Of a DNA stretch of 64,000 bases, positions 34,767-44,605 are shown in pieces; position 1 is the stretch's first letter; each line of letters starts with the position of its first letter. The notes beneath the pieces were generated by a model that saw only the letters and a list, made by a program, of their open reading frames with translations, was not told the origin of the DNA and ran no database searches. The stretch is from positions 320,001 through 384,000 of the forward strand of contig CAVYSY010000033.1 of assembly GCA_963771175.1 (NCBI GenBank), read 5' to 3'. This DNA comes from an uncultured delta proteobacterium. GTDB taxonomy: Bacteria; Myxococcota; Myxococcia; Myxococcales; Myxococcaceae. The translations under genes were made by a program, and so were the position numbers.

Positions 34767-35308
34767 GCGCGTGCAGAGACCAGGAGGAACTGCTCACCCT
34801 CCATGCCACGGGGGCACTGGAGCCCGAGGACGAGACTCGGGTGCGCGCGCACCTGGAGTCCTGCGCGGCGTGCCGGGCCGAGGTGGAGGCCCTGCGCGAG
34901 GTACTCGGGCTCGCGGCGCTGCCCCCTCCGTCGGTCCGGGAGGAGGCCCTGCTGGCGGCGCTGCCCCGGAAGACCGCGGATGCCTGGCTGAGCACCCAGC
35001 TCCGGCAGGCGGCGCGAATGCGGACCGCCGGGGCGCTCCTGGCGGCGGCCGCCGTGCTGCTGCTGGCACTCGGACCGATGGTGCAGCGGCGTGTGGCCCC
35101 ACGCGCACTGCCGGCCGAGGTGGAGCTGACCACCAGCCCCGCCGAAGAAACCCCGTCCGAGCTGGAGCAGTGGGCCCTGTCGGATCCGCTGGCCGACGCA
35201 CTCGACCCGGCCGAGGTGCAACTCGAGGAGCTCGACGACGACACCGAGCCCTCGGATTCCGAGTTCGAGGATTTCCTGTCCTACCCCCATCCTGGAGAGT
35301 CGCTGTGA
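34763..35308 (+). CDS. Zinc-binding anti-sigma factor (ZAS) with TM helix
   Basis: HLESCAAC (HxxxCxxC) motif and one TM; overlaps the sigma factor stop. Confidence 0.85.
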   Translation: MSACRDQEELLTLHATGALEPEDETRVRAHLESCAACRAEVEALREVLGLAALPPPSVREEALLAALPRKTADAWLSTQLRQAARMRTAGALLAAAAVLLLALGPMVQRRVAPRALPAEVELTTSPAEETPSELEQWALSDPLADALDPAEVQLEELDDDTEPSDSEFEDFLSYPHPGESL

Positions 35309-35850
35309 TGAAGCCCTTTCGACTGGCGGTGCTGACCCTCACCCTGCTCCCCCTGGTGGCGCTGGCCGCGCCGCCCGAGGGAAGTGAGGCCACGGAACGC
35401 GCGGAGAAGCAGACGCGGATGATGCGGGTGCTCAGGCTGGCGGAGGAGCTGGAGCTGAACGAGTCCCAGGCGCTGAAGATGGCGGAGACGATGCGCCAGT
35501 TCGACGAGAAGCGGCGGCCCCTGCTGGAGCAGGTGCGCGACTCGGCCCAGGTGCTGAAGCGGGCCGCGGAGGGAGACGCCTCGGCGCAGTCGCAGGTGGA
35601 CCCGTCGGTACAGCGGGTGTTCGACGCGCGGGCGCAGCTCACGACGCTGGACCGCGACATGTACCAGGCGCTCGCGAAGGACCTGCCTCCGCAGAAGCGG
35701 GCGCAGCTCGCCATCTTCATGGCCCGTCACGAGGGCAAGCTGATGAAGCATGTGCGGAGATTGGAGCGCGAGGACCGGCGGCAGGAGCGCATGCAGCGCC
35801 AGCAGGAGCGGATGAAGCACATGCAGCAGCGTGGCGCCGGCGGCCAGTAG
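35308..35850 (+). CDS. Secreted helical Spy/CpxP-like protein
   Basis: Signal peptide, LELNESQ and LPPQKRAQL (LTxxQ-like); TGATG coupling to the anti-sigma gene. Confidence 0.6.
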   Translation: MKPFRLAVLTLTLLPLVALAAPPEGSEATERAEKQTRMMRVLRLAEELELNESQALKMAETMRQFDEKRRPLLEQVRDSAQVLKRAAEGDASAQSQVDPSVQRVFDARAQLTTLDRDMYQALAKDLPPQKRAQLAIFMARHEGKLMKHVRRLEREDRRQERMQRQQERMKHMQQRGAGGQ

Positions 35851-35867
35851 GCCCGAGCACCCCGGCC

Positions 35868-36842
35868 CTACACGCGCACCAGCAGGGCCATCTGGTGCGC
35901 GCCGATGCCGAGGCCCAGGAGGACGAGGTACTTCGTGCGCAGCTCGCGGTGGTAGCGGGCCAGGGTGACGGGGATGGAGGCGAGCACCATGTTGCCGCAG
36001 TCCTCCATCGTGTGCAGGTACTCGCGGGGGCGGATCTTCTCGTTCCAGTGGTCGAGCAGCTTGCGCGTAGCCTGGTGTGACACGAGGGTGATGTCGTCCC
36101 CGGTGAGGCCGTGCTTGCGCAGCAGCCGCTCGACGAGCCTCGGCGGCCCGTCCATGCCGGTGAGCAGGAAGGCCTCCAGGCCCCGGGAGGGCTCCAGCCC
36201 ATACACGGGTTTGTCGAAGCCCGCCTCGGGGCGGGGGCGCAAGGTCATCGCCCCGTACTCGTCGCTGAAGGTGTCGGCGGCGTAGTCCACCAGGACGAGC
36301 CGCTCCCCGGGCCCGAGCACGGCCGCGCCGGCCCCCTCTCCAATCCCGAAGGCGTGACCCTGGGAGTAGTCCAGGTTCTGCGTCCACCTGGAGCCCACCG
36401 CCACGAGCGCCCGCTCCGAGCGCCCGGCGAGCATCGCCTCCCAGGCCAGCACGGCGCCCATGATGAAGTTGCCGAAGTCGGCCTGCACCGGCACCACCAG
36501 CGCGTGCGAGCCCAGCCCCAGCTCCCGGTGCACCTGGTAGAGCTCGTTGGGGGAGATGAACTCGGACACGGCGAGGTAGCCGTAGAGCCGGTCCACCTGC
36601 TCGGGCGACACGCCCGCGTCATCCAGGGCCACTCGCCCCGCCTTCGCGGTGAGCGAGGCCAGCGACTCGCCCGGCCCCAGGTACCGGTGCTCGCGGTTGC
36701 CATAGAAGAGCGAGGCCTCGGACACCCCTTGGGCCCGGGCCGCCTCGCGGATGCGGTCGAAGATGGGGTCGGCACTGGTGCGCACCTGCTCCGGCAGTGC
36801 CGCGCCAAGGCCCAGGAAGGCAATCGAAGGGCGTGTCATCAT
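35868..36842 (-). CDS. FabH/KAS III-like protein lacking the catalytic Cys
   Basis: GEGAGAAVL, SHQA and GNM..ASIP are present; the nucleophile elbow reads VQADFGNF. Confidence 0.8.
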   Translation of the reverse strand: MMTRPSIAFLGLGAALPEQVRTSADPIFDRIREAARAQGVSEASLFYGNREHRYLGPGESLASLTAKAGRVALDDAGVSPEQVDRLYGYLAVSEFISPNELYQVHRELGLGSHALVVPVQADFGNFIMGAVLAWEAMLAGRSERALVAVGSRWTQNLDYSQGHAFGIGEGAGAAVLGPGERLVLVDYAADTFSDEYGAMTLRPRPEAGFDKPVYGLEPSRGLEAFLLTGMDGPPRLVERLLRKHGLTGDDITLVSHQATRKLLDHWNEKIRPREYLHTMEDCGNMVLASIPVTLARYHRELRTKYLVLLGLGIGAHQMALLVRV

Positions 36843-36997
36843 CCCGGAAATCAGCACATTCAGGCGGCCCTGCCCAGCATACAGATGCACGCCCGCCGAG
36901 AGAGCGGGCATGCGCCGCTGCGAGCCCGCCTCCAGGCCGCCGACCGCGGCGCCAGCACCGAGCTGCTCCCGCCCCCGGGGTCCTTCCTGAGGTGCTC

Positions 36998-37573
36998 ATG
37001 TCCGCCACGATTCGTTTCCACGCATCCCTCGTGCCCCTCGCCGTCCTGCTGCTCCTCTCGGGCTGCTGTGAGACCTCGGGAGAGGTCTCCGGCCGCGTGG
37101 GCTCCGAGGCCATCCCGGGTCCGGTCGATCCCTCCTGCGGGTTCGGACTGCGCTACCCCCAGACGTCCGGGGAGAAGACCAACGCCCTGCTCGAGCTCAG
37201 CGCCGCGGGTGGGCGGCTCGCCTTCCGCGCGGAGCTCGCGGACGTGCGGCGCCCTGGCACCAAGGTGTACCTGCTGCCCGAGCCCGGAGGCACCAGCGCG
37301 GACGTGCCGGGCTTCAAGCTCCACCGTCCCGAGCTCGCTCCCCGCATGACCCGGGGAGAGCTCCGCATCCACAACGAGGGCACAGGCGACCTGCGCGGCG
37401 ACTTCACCTTCGACTTCGAGGGCGGCTCACACGCCGAGGGAACCTTCACGGTGTGCAGCGACCCGAGCCTCGACATCGGTGCCCCCTCTTCGAGCCCTGA
37501 CGGGGGCGGCGGTGGCAGTGGCGGCGGGAGTGGCGATGGGGACGACGACCACTGGTGGGACGACTGGGACTGA
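36998..37573 (+). CDS. Hypothetical lipoprotein
   Basis: Lipobox LSGC; Gly-rich acidic tail. Confidence 0.6.
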   Translation: MSATIRFHASLVPLAVLLLLSGCCETSGEVSGRVGSEAIPGPVDPSCGFGLRYPQTSGEKTNALLELSAAGGRLAFRAELADVRRPGTKVYLLPEPGGTSADVPGFKLHRPELAPRMTRGELRIHNEGTGDLRGDFTFDFEGGSHAEGTFTVCSDPSLDIGAPSSSPDGGGGGSGGGSGDGDDDHWWDDWD

Positions 37574-37597
37574 TGGCGCGGTGGGCCCGCCCGACGC

Positions 37598-38515
37598 TCA
37601 GAAGGCGACGGGGATGTCGAGCTGGACGATGGAGTACTTCAGCTTCGACATCGGAGCGTCGAGCGCGAAGGCATAGGCCAGTCCCGGGCGAAGGGTGAGG
37701 CCGTCCCGCAGCTTCACATGGAAGCGGGGGCCGACGGCCACGGTGAGGTTGTCGCGCAGCTCGGGCGAGGTGACGCTGGCGGGAGTAGAGAGCCAGCGCT
37801 GGTAGCGCACCTCGCCGCCGAGCGACATCACCGGGAGCACGAAGTACCCGAGGTGCACCCCCGAGGTGAAGTTCGTCTTCGAGCGATCCGTCTGCACCGC
37901 CTCGCCCCGGACACGGGTGAGCTGGAGGACGGTGGCCTCCAGCTGGGCGGTGAATCCCCCAGCGGTATAGGAGAGGCCCACGCCGGGGAACACGGTGAAG
38001 TCATTCACCGCGAACATGGCGTTGTCCATGGCGGAGCGAGCCAGCACGCCCGAGCGCGTGGCGGCGACCACCGAGGCTTCGGGCTCGTTGCCACCGGACA
38101 TGCCCACCGGGAGGGTGAAACCCAGGAAGAGGGCCAGCCGCAGCGAGTCGTTCAGCGGGAGCGCGTAGGTGGCGCCCAGGGCCGGGTTCACGAAGGAGGA
38201 GCCGCTCGGACCCGTGGCCGGACTGTTGCGCACCGCCCCCAGGCGGACGAAGGGGGCGAGCTGGGGCGTCACCTTGTAGGAGGCCAGCAGCATGGAGGCC
38301 ACGGTGACGCCCTGGCCGCCGTCCACCGGCTGGTTGAGCGCCAGGGTCGTGTCGGAGCGCACGACATTGAGCGCCGCCGTGGGGCGAAGCTGCCACGGCA
38401 CCGAGTACGGCGCGGGCGTGGCCGCCCGGGAGGCCGCGGGCGCGAGCAGCGTCACCGCGGCGAGCACGGCCGCCTTCACGCGGCCCGGAGTGGTACGGAG
38501 CGACTGGGAAAGCAT
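37598..38515 (-). CDS. Putative outer-membrane beta-barrel protein
   Basis: Signal peptide, alternating amphipathic strands and C-terminal Phe (LDIPVAF); starts 11 bp after the nrfA stop. Confidence 0.65.
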   Translation of the reverse strand: MLSQSLRTTPGRVKAAVLAAVTLLAPAASRAATPAPYSVPWQLRPTAALNVVRSDTTLALNQPVDGGQGVTVASMLLASYKVTPQLAPFVRLGAVRNSPATGPSGSSFVNPALGATYALPLNDSLRLALFLGFTLPVGMSGGNEPEASVVAATRSGVLARSAMDNAMFAVNDFTVFPGVGLSYTAGGFTAQLEATVLQLTRVRGEAVQTDRSKTNFTSGVHLGYFVLPVMSLGGEVRYQRWLSTPASVTSPELRDNLTVAVGPRFHVKLRDGLTLRPGLAYAFALDAPMSKLKYSIVQLDIPVAF

Positions 38516-38526
38516 GGGGTGTGACC

Positions 38527-39962
38527 TCACTCGCCCTTCGGGGCGGCCGTCTGCAGCACCGGCTGCTGCTTGCGCAGCGCGTTCTGGCCGAGCCGCGAGA
38601 AGTTGATGGACTCGCCCGAGGATGCGCGCCGCCTCCTGCGGGCGCGTGGAAGCCGGTCGAGTTCTCCGCCTCGACGAAGTCGAGGTAGAACTGGGCCTTG
38701 CGCTGGAAGTCGCGGGCCTCGGCCAGCTCGGTCGTCCGAGGCGCCCGCGTCCTTGCGCGCCTCGATGTCCTCGATGAGGTCCACCAGCGCGTCCATGGCC
38801 ATGTTGCGCAGCTCGAAGTGACGCGGTCCTGGATGGTCTCGACCCGCGCCTTGAGCTCCTGCCTCGGACCACTTGTGGCAGGTCTGGCAGGCGCGGTTGA
38901 TGTTGAGCAGCGGGCTGCGCACGTGGTGGTCGCTGATCTTCATCGCGCCCTCGCGCTTGTAGGGCATGTGGCAATCGGCGCAGGCCACGCCGGAGCGGGC
39001 GTGGATGCCCTGGTTCCACATCTCGAACTCGGGGTGCTGCGCCTTGAGCACCGGCGCGCCGGTCTCGGCGTGCATCCAGTCCTTGTGCCCGATCTCCTCG
39101 TAGTAGGCCAGGATGTCGTCGACCTTCAGGCCCTTGGCCCACGGATAGGTCGAGCCGCTTCTCCGGGCCCTTGAAGTAGTACTCGACGTGGCACTGGCCG
39201 CAGACGTACGCGCGCATCTCCTGGCGCGTGGCCATCGTGTTGACGTCGTAGTTCGGGACGCCCTGCGCCGCCTTGAGCGCGCGGATGCCCTCGATGAAGC
39301 CGGGCCGCGTGACGCGCAGCTGCATCGTCTTCGGGTCGTGGCAGTCGATGCAGGCGACCGGGTGCTCCACCAGCTTGCGCGCCTCCGCGTAGGGCATCTG
39401 GTTCATCTTCTCGAAGCCCTTGATGAGGTCGCCGTCGCCCAGCTTCTTGTAGGGCACGTAGACCGAGGCGTGGCAGTGCAGGCAGGTGCCGGGCTGCTTC
39501 GCGACGTGCTGGCGCTCGGTGTAGCGTCTGGTCGTCGAGCATGTAGGCGTGGCCGCGCTCCTCGCGGAAGTCCACGGCGAAGGCGTAGCCGGCCCACATC
39601 GTCTTCAGGCGCGGGTCCTCCTCGAGCCGCGACTGCGCCACGACCGAGCGCGGGTCCGCCTGCGGTGGGCGTGCGCGGCACCGCCTCGCTGCCGCCGTAG
39701 CGCGTGCGCACCTGGTCGACCGTGCGCCGGTAGCCGTCGTACTGCAGCGGGAAGTTCTTCCCCCAGACCGCCGGGTCCTCGGTGTCGTCGGTCGAGCTCG
39801 ACGACGCGGAAGAAGGGGTTGCGCGCCTCCTGCTTGCGCTCGAAGATGTTGACCAGCAGCGCCGTGGCGGTCACCGCGCCGCGCGGCCGCGATGAGTGCC
39901 GCGAGGATGGCGAGCCGGGTCTTCCGGCGTCTCGGCTCCGGCTGTGTCGTGGGGTTGCTCAT
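38527..39962 (-). CDS. nrfA: Cytochrome c nitrite reductase NrfA (ammonia-forming, CxxCH heme-1 type); several frameshifts
   Basis: Heme motifs [25 protein letters not shown] and [25 protein letters not shown] and ISDH. Confidence 0.9.
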
Positions 39963-40488
39963 GGTTGGGTCTCCTGTGACCGAAGCCCGGGCTGGCCCAG
40001 CCCTTCCGGGTGGCCCACCGAGTTGTGGCAGCGAAGGCACGAGCGTCTCTGGCGCGCCGTGAGGCGGCCTCGATCGGCTCCACGATCTCGGCGTGGCACT
40101 TGCGGCAGGCCTGCTCGGTCACCTCGCGGTTGCCGGGGCGGATCTGGATGGGCTCGTGGAAGCTGCCGGTGGTGAAGTCGAACGAGTGCCAGAAGCCGTT
40201 GGACGCCTTGGTCGCGTACTTGCCGACCAGGCCCGGCGGCGTGTGGCAGTCGTTGCAGGTGGCCACCGCGTGGTGGCTCGACTTCATCCAGCCGTCGTAC
40301 TGCTCGCGCATGACGTGGCAGTTGGCGCAGGCGGCCGGGTCGTTGGTGAGGTACGAGTAGCCCTTCGCGTAGATGAAGGTGAAACCGCCAATACCGATGG
40401 CGAGGCCCACACACGCGCCCAATGCGATGAGCAGCCAGGAGCGAGCGCTCAGGGCACCTCCCACCGTCCTCTCCGTTGCGCGTTCCAT
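39959..40488 (-). CDS. nrfH: Tetraheme cytochrome c quinol dehydrogenase NrfH; frameshift near 40060
   Basis: TM anchor, then CANCHVM, CNDCH, CRKCH and CLRCHNSVGH. Confidence 0.9.
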
Positions 40489-40625
40489 GCGCCACGGGGA
40501 CTTCAATTCCCGGGCCACGGGTGTTCGCACGGAAACACTGCCTCCGGAATGCATAATTTGCGTGCTGGGGGGAGTGCTCGGAGAAACTTGCGCGGGGGGA
40601 CAGCACGGTTGCCCTCCCCCGCCCG

Positions 40626-41075
40626 CTACTCGGGCACCAGACCCAGCTCGCGCCGGACTCGCTCGGCGGACTCGTGCAGACCCGAGAGCTCCAGCCGGTT
40701 GAGGGCCCACGCCAGCGCCTGACCCTCACGCGAAGCGATGCTGTACGGATAGGACGGCCGCTTCAGATGGAAGACGACGCCCAGCGACAGCCGGAGCACG
40801 GGACCGGGAGCGATATAGGCGATGCCGAGCACCGTCCGTCGAAAGAGCTCATCATGCTCCCGGAACCAGTCCACCTGACGTTGGCGCTGCTCGGTTGACA
40901 TCTTGCCAGCCCGGCACAGGTCGGTGATGACGACGTGGGGTTCCTCGCGGCGCAGGAAGCGAAGCCCCTCGGTGAGGTAGTCCTCGAACTCCTGGTTCGA
41001 CGGATCTCCCACGAAGCGGCTGATGAGCAGCGGCCAGTGCGAATCATCGAAAACGCAGAACCGGGAGGCGCTCAT
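40626..41075 (-). CDS. Small myxobacterial protein (STAS/SEC14-like fold, tentative)
   Basis: 149 aa starting FDDSHWPLLISRFVG; 14 bp after the kinase gene. Confidence 0.6.
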   Translation of the reverse strand: MSASRFCVFDDSHWPLLISRFVGDPSNQEFEDYLTEGLRFLRREEPHVVITDLCRAGKMSTEQRQRQVDWFREHDELFRRTVLGIAYIAPGPVLRLSLGVVFHLKRPSYPYSIASREGQALAWALNRLELSGLHESAERVRRELGLVPE

Positions 41076-41089
41076 GGAAGGGGCAGGAG

Positions 41090-43099
41090 CTAGGGCGAGT
41101 CCGCCCCCACGCGCAACGTGAGGCGCTCGCGCAGACGCGTGGGCTTGCCCGGAGTGACCTCCACGGTCCAGCGCTCGGCCTCATACCCTGGCGCCCTCGC
41201 CATCACGTGCCACACGCCCGGCGTGGGTTTCGGGTCCGTATAGGGGCTGGGAACCTTGCGCTGCCGCCCTTTGGGGTCCGTCAGCTCCAACGTGGTGCGG
41301 CGCGCCGGCCGTACCTCGATGACGAGGCTCTCGTCTCGCGCCACGGAGCGCTCGGCGCGGGTCGGCTGGGCGACGGGCGAGTCTCCTGGCCGTGGCACCG
41401 GGGCTGCCGCCTCCTTCTGCTTCGGCGCGGGCGGCTCCGGCGCGGGCTGCTCCGGCTGCTGCTTCGGCGCGGGTTGGCTCGGGGGCTCCGTGTGGCCTGC
41501 CCGCAGCCCCAGACCCAGCATCACCGCCATCCCCGCGAGCGCGAAGAGCAGGGCCAACAGCCACGCCCTGCGCGCCGAACGGGGCTGAGCGTCCGCCTGC
41601 CCCGGCTGCGGAGCGGGCTTCGCCGGCACGGAGCGCGCACGAGCCGGGGCGGGCGCACTCTTCTCGATGGGCGCAGGGGGAGCCGGCTCGGGGAGCTGGG
41701 TCGCCAGGGCCGGGGCTTGCCTGGCCTCGACGACGCGCGCGGCAGGTTGCTGAATGGGTTCCGGCTCGGGCTCACGCACGGGAGCAGCCGGCGCCTGCCT
41801 GGCCACCACGACGGGCTCCGGTTCAGGCTCCTGTTCGAGCTCACGCACGGGAACGGCCGGGGGAGCCACCACGACAGGCGCGACGGGCTCCGGCTCGGGT
41901 TCCGGTTCGGGCTGCGTGAAGATAGGAGCGGCCGGAGTCAACGGGGCCGCCGCGACAGGGGCGGCGGGTGTCCTCACTGGGACGGGCTCGGGTCGCCAGC
42001 CTTCCGTGCGCGGGGCCCGCCGCATCGCCTCGACCAGGGCGGAGGAGACCCGCACGGGCTCGGGTTGCTGGAGCGCCGCGACGGGAACGGAAGGTGCGCG
42101 CGGTTCTGAAATCTGGGGACTCTTCGCCACCTGGAAGAGCGATGCCCCCGGAGCAGCGGGGACCTGGGTGGGCGTCGCCTCCCGAGACATGGAGACGGGG
42201 GCGGGCGTCGCCTCCCGAGGCACGGGCGGAGCCGATTGAACGGGAGGCTCGGCCTGCTCGACCGGGGCCTCCGCCACCAGCGCGGCGGCGAACTCCTGGC
42301 ACGAGGCGAAGCGACGCTCCGGGTCCAGGTCCATCGCCCGGTGGATGCTCGCCAGCAGTCGGCGCTCCAGGCCCGGGTGCGCCACCTCGGGCAGCACGTA
42401 CTCGGCCCGGACGACCTTCTCCATGATGTTGAAGTCGCTCTCGCCCTGGAAGCACACGTGCCCGGTGGCCAGCTCGTAGAGGGTGACTCCGAGCGAGAAG
42501 ATGTCCGAGCGCACCGTAACGTCCCGGGCCCCGCGGATCTGCTCCGGGCTCATGTACTGCGGGGTGCCCATGCGAACGCCCGTGCGCGTCGTCGGCCTGC
42601 CCTCGGAGTTGGCCACCTTGGCGATGCCGAAGTCGAGGATGCGCACCACCCGCCGGCCGTGGCTCTGCTCCAGGAAGATGTTCGAGGGCTTGAGGTCCCG
42701 GTGGATGACGCCCTGCGCGTGCGCGAAGCCCACCCCCGCCAGCACATGCAGGAAGATGTCGCGCACCTCGTCCGGAGCCGGAGGCTGCTGTGCCCGGGCA
42801 AGGTACTTGTCGAGCGACTCGCCCTCCAGGTAGTCCATCACCAGGCCCGCGACGCCGGGCGCCGCGACCACGTCCGTGATGCCCAGGATGTTCGGGTGCT
42901 TCAGGCGCGCCTGGATGCGGCCCTCGTCCAGGAAGCGGGCCCGAATCTCCGCGTTCACCACCAGCTCTGGGTCGAGCACCTTGAGCGCATGGACGCTGCC
43001 GAGGGCCACATGGTGCACCTTGTAGACGCGCGCCATCCCGCCGCCCCCCAGCTCGCGCTCCACCTCGTAGCGCTCGACCACGTCACCCGGGCTCAACAT
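41090..43099 (-). CDS. Hanks-type Ser/Thr kinase with Pro-rich linker, TM and PEGA-like C-terminus
   Basis: LGGGGMARVY, HALK, HRDLKPSN, DFG and GTPQYMSPEQ. Confidence 0.92.
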   Translation of the reverse strand: MLSPGDVVERYEVERELGGGGMARVYKVHHVALGSVHALKVLDPELVVNAEIRARFLDEGRIQARLKHPNILGITDVVAAPGVAGLVMDYLEGESLDKYLARAQQPPAPDEVRDIFLHVLAGVGFAHAQGVIHRDLKPSNIFLEQSHGRRVVRILDFGIAKVANSEGRPTTRTGVRMGTPQYMSPEQIRGARDVTVRSDIFSLGVTLYELATGHVCFQGESDFNIMEKVVRAEYVLPEVAHPGLERRLLASIHRAMDLDPERRFASCQEFAAALVAEAPVEQAEPPVQSAPPVPREATPAPVSMSREATPTQVPAAPGASLFQVAKSPQISEPRAPSVPVAALQQPEPVRVSSALVEAMRRAPRTEGWRPEPVPVRTPAAPVAAAPLTPAAPIFTQPEPEPEPEPVAPVVVAPPAVPVRELEQEPEPEPVVVARQAPAAPVREPEPEPIQQPAARVVEARQAPALATQLPEPAPPAPIEKSAPAPARARSVPAKPAPQPGQADAQPRSARRAWLLALLFALAGMAVMLGLGLRAGHTEPPSQPAPKQQPEQPAPEPPAPKQKEAAAPVPRPGDSPVAQPTRAERSVARDESLVIEVRPARRTTLELTDPKGRQRKVPSPYTDPKPTPGVWHVMARAPGYEAERWTVEVTPGKPTRLRERLTLRVGADSP

Positions 43100-43126
43100 G
43101 GGACGACTCCACGCCTCCGTTCCCGC

Positions 43127-44575
43127 CTAGAAGAACTCCCAGGAGCCTATCTGTTTCCCGAGCCTGCGCTTGGACGCGATGCGGTAGGCGTCGATGCCCA
43201 GCAGGACGTTCACGACGAACAGGCCGCACATCCCCGTATCCATCGGGCCCACCAGCAGGCAGCACAGCAGGAGGAGGCCGATGCCCTTGAGCACCTGCCC
43301 GTTGTACATCTGACCGACCCCCGGGATGCAGAACAGACCCAGCAGCAGGGCGATCGCGGGCGAGGACGTGGAACCGGGGACGACCGCCTGCGCGGGAGGG
43401 AGCGCGGGACGGGGCGCCCTCGCGGGAGCGGGCGGGGCGCGGGGCGCGAGGAGGTCCGGCGGCGGCTCGCGGTGCTTCACCGCGGGCGGTGCGGCCACTG
43501 GGAGCGCATCGTTCGCCGGAGCCGCCACGGGCACCGGAGGCACCGGGGGCGGCGTGGGCTCCAGACGCGCCGTGTTCATCGCCGGCCTGTTGCCATTCGA
43601 AACGTACGTCGCCGCGAAGGCGGACTCCTGGGCGGGCTCGGATGCGGGCGCGACGTGCCCCACCTGGGTCTTCGCGAAGGAGCGGGACGGCCTCTCAGGC
43701 ACCGCGGGGTTCGCATCGAGCGCCTGCTCCAGGGCCTCGCGGAAGGCGGCGCAGTCCTGGAAGCGCTCGGACGGCTCCACCGCCAGCGCCTTGCGGATGC
43801 AGCCGGCGATGACGGGCGGCAGGTCGCCCACGACACGATCGGGAGGCTCGTAGGTGCCCTCCACGATGCGCTTCATCGTGTCGTACTCGCTCGACGCGTG
43901 GAAGGCGACCTGCCCGGTGGCGGCCTCGTAGAGAATGGCGCCCAGCGCGAAGATGTCGGTGCGCGCATCCACCTCGGCGGCCCCGCGAATCTGCTCCGGA
44001 CTCATGTACAGCAGCGTGCCCATGCGGGCGCCGGCCTGGGTGCGCGCCTTGCCGTCCGCGTTCTCCCCCACCAGCACCTTGGCGATGCCGAAGTCCGTCA
44101 CCTTGGGCTGGAGCCGGCCCCGGCTGTCCTTGCCGATGATGATGTTGTCCGGCTTGAGATCCCTGTGAACGATGTTGTGCCGGTGCGCCTCCTCCACGGC
44201 GTCCAGCACCGGCAGGAAGACCTCCAGGAGCAGCTTGGGCTCCAGTCCCCTGCCCCGGCAGAACTCGCCGAGCGTGGGGCCCTCGATGTAGTCCATCACC
44301 AGCCCCGCCACCGGGGTGGTGACGATCTCCGTCACCTGGACGATGTGGGGATGGCGCAGGTGCGCCTGGATGCGGCCCTCGGCGAGGAAGCGCCCGCGGA
44401 TGTCGTCGCTCCGCGACAGGTCCGCGTTGAGCACCTTCAAGGCGTGCGTGCTGTGCAACCCCAGGTGGCGCACCTGGTACACGGCGGCCATGCCGCCCTG
44501 CCCGAGCAGCCGGACCACCTCGTAGCGACCATCCAGCTGCGTTCCGGGCTGGAGGAGGTTCATGTCACCGCTCAT
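43127..44575 (-). CDS. Hanks-type Ser/Thr kinase with C-terminal TM2-like membrane domain
   Basis: LGQGGMAAVY, HRDLKPDN, DFG and GTLLYMSPEQ; C-terminal IPGVGQMYNGQVLKGIGLL. Confidence 0.92.
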   Translation of the reverse strand: MSGDMNLLQPGTQLDGRYEVVRLLGQGGMAAVYQVRHLGLHSTHALKVLNADLSRSDDIRGRFLAEGRIQAHLRHPHIVQVTEIVTTPVAGLVMDYIEGPTLGEFCRGRGLEPKLLLEVFLPVLDAVEEAHRHNIVHRDLKPDNIIIGKDSRGRLQPKVTDFGIAKVLVGENADGKARTQAGARMGTLLYMSPEQIRGAAEVDARTDIFALGAILYEAATGQVAFHASSEYDTMKRIVEGTYEPPDRVVGDLPPVIAGCIRKALAVEPSERFQDCAAFREALEQALDANPAVPERPSRSFAKTQVGHVAPASEPAQESAFAATYVSNGNRPAMNTARLEPTPPPVPPVPVAAPANDALPVAAPPAVKHREPPPDLLAPRAPPAPARAPRPALPPAQAVVPGSTSSPAIALLLGLFCIPGVGQMYNGQVLKGIGLLLLCCLLVGPMDTGMCGLFVVNVLLGIDAYRIASKRRLGKQIGSWEFF

Positions 44576-44605
44576 ACGCTCGACCCCACGACTCGATTGC
44601 CTCCA

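Noticed and set aside
37598..39457. Apparent NrfA-porin fusion ORF
   Set aside because: It arises from frameshifts. nrfA has its own stop at 38527 and the barrel has its own signal peptide.
41500..42260. PEPEP/PVRE low-complexity repeats
   Set aside because: Ordinary Pro-rich kinase linker.
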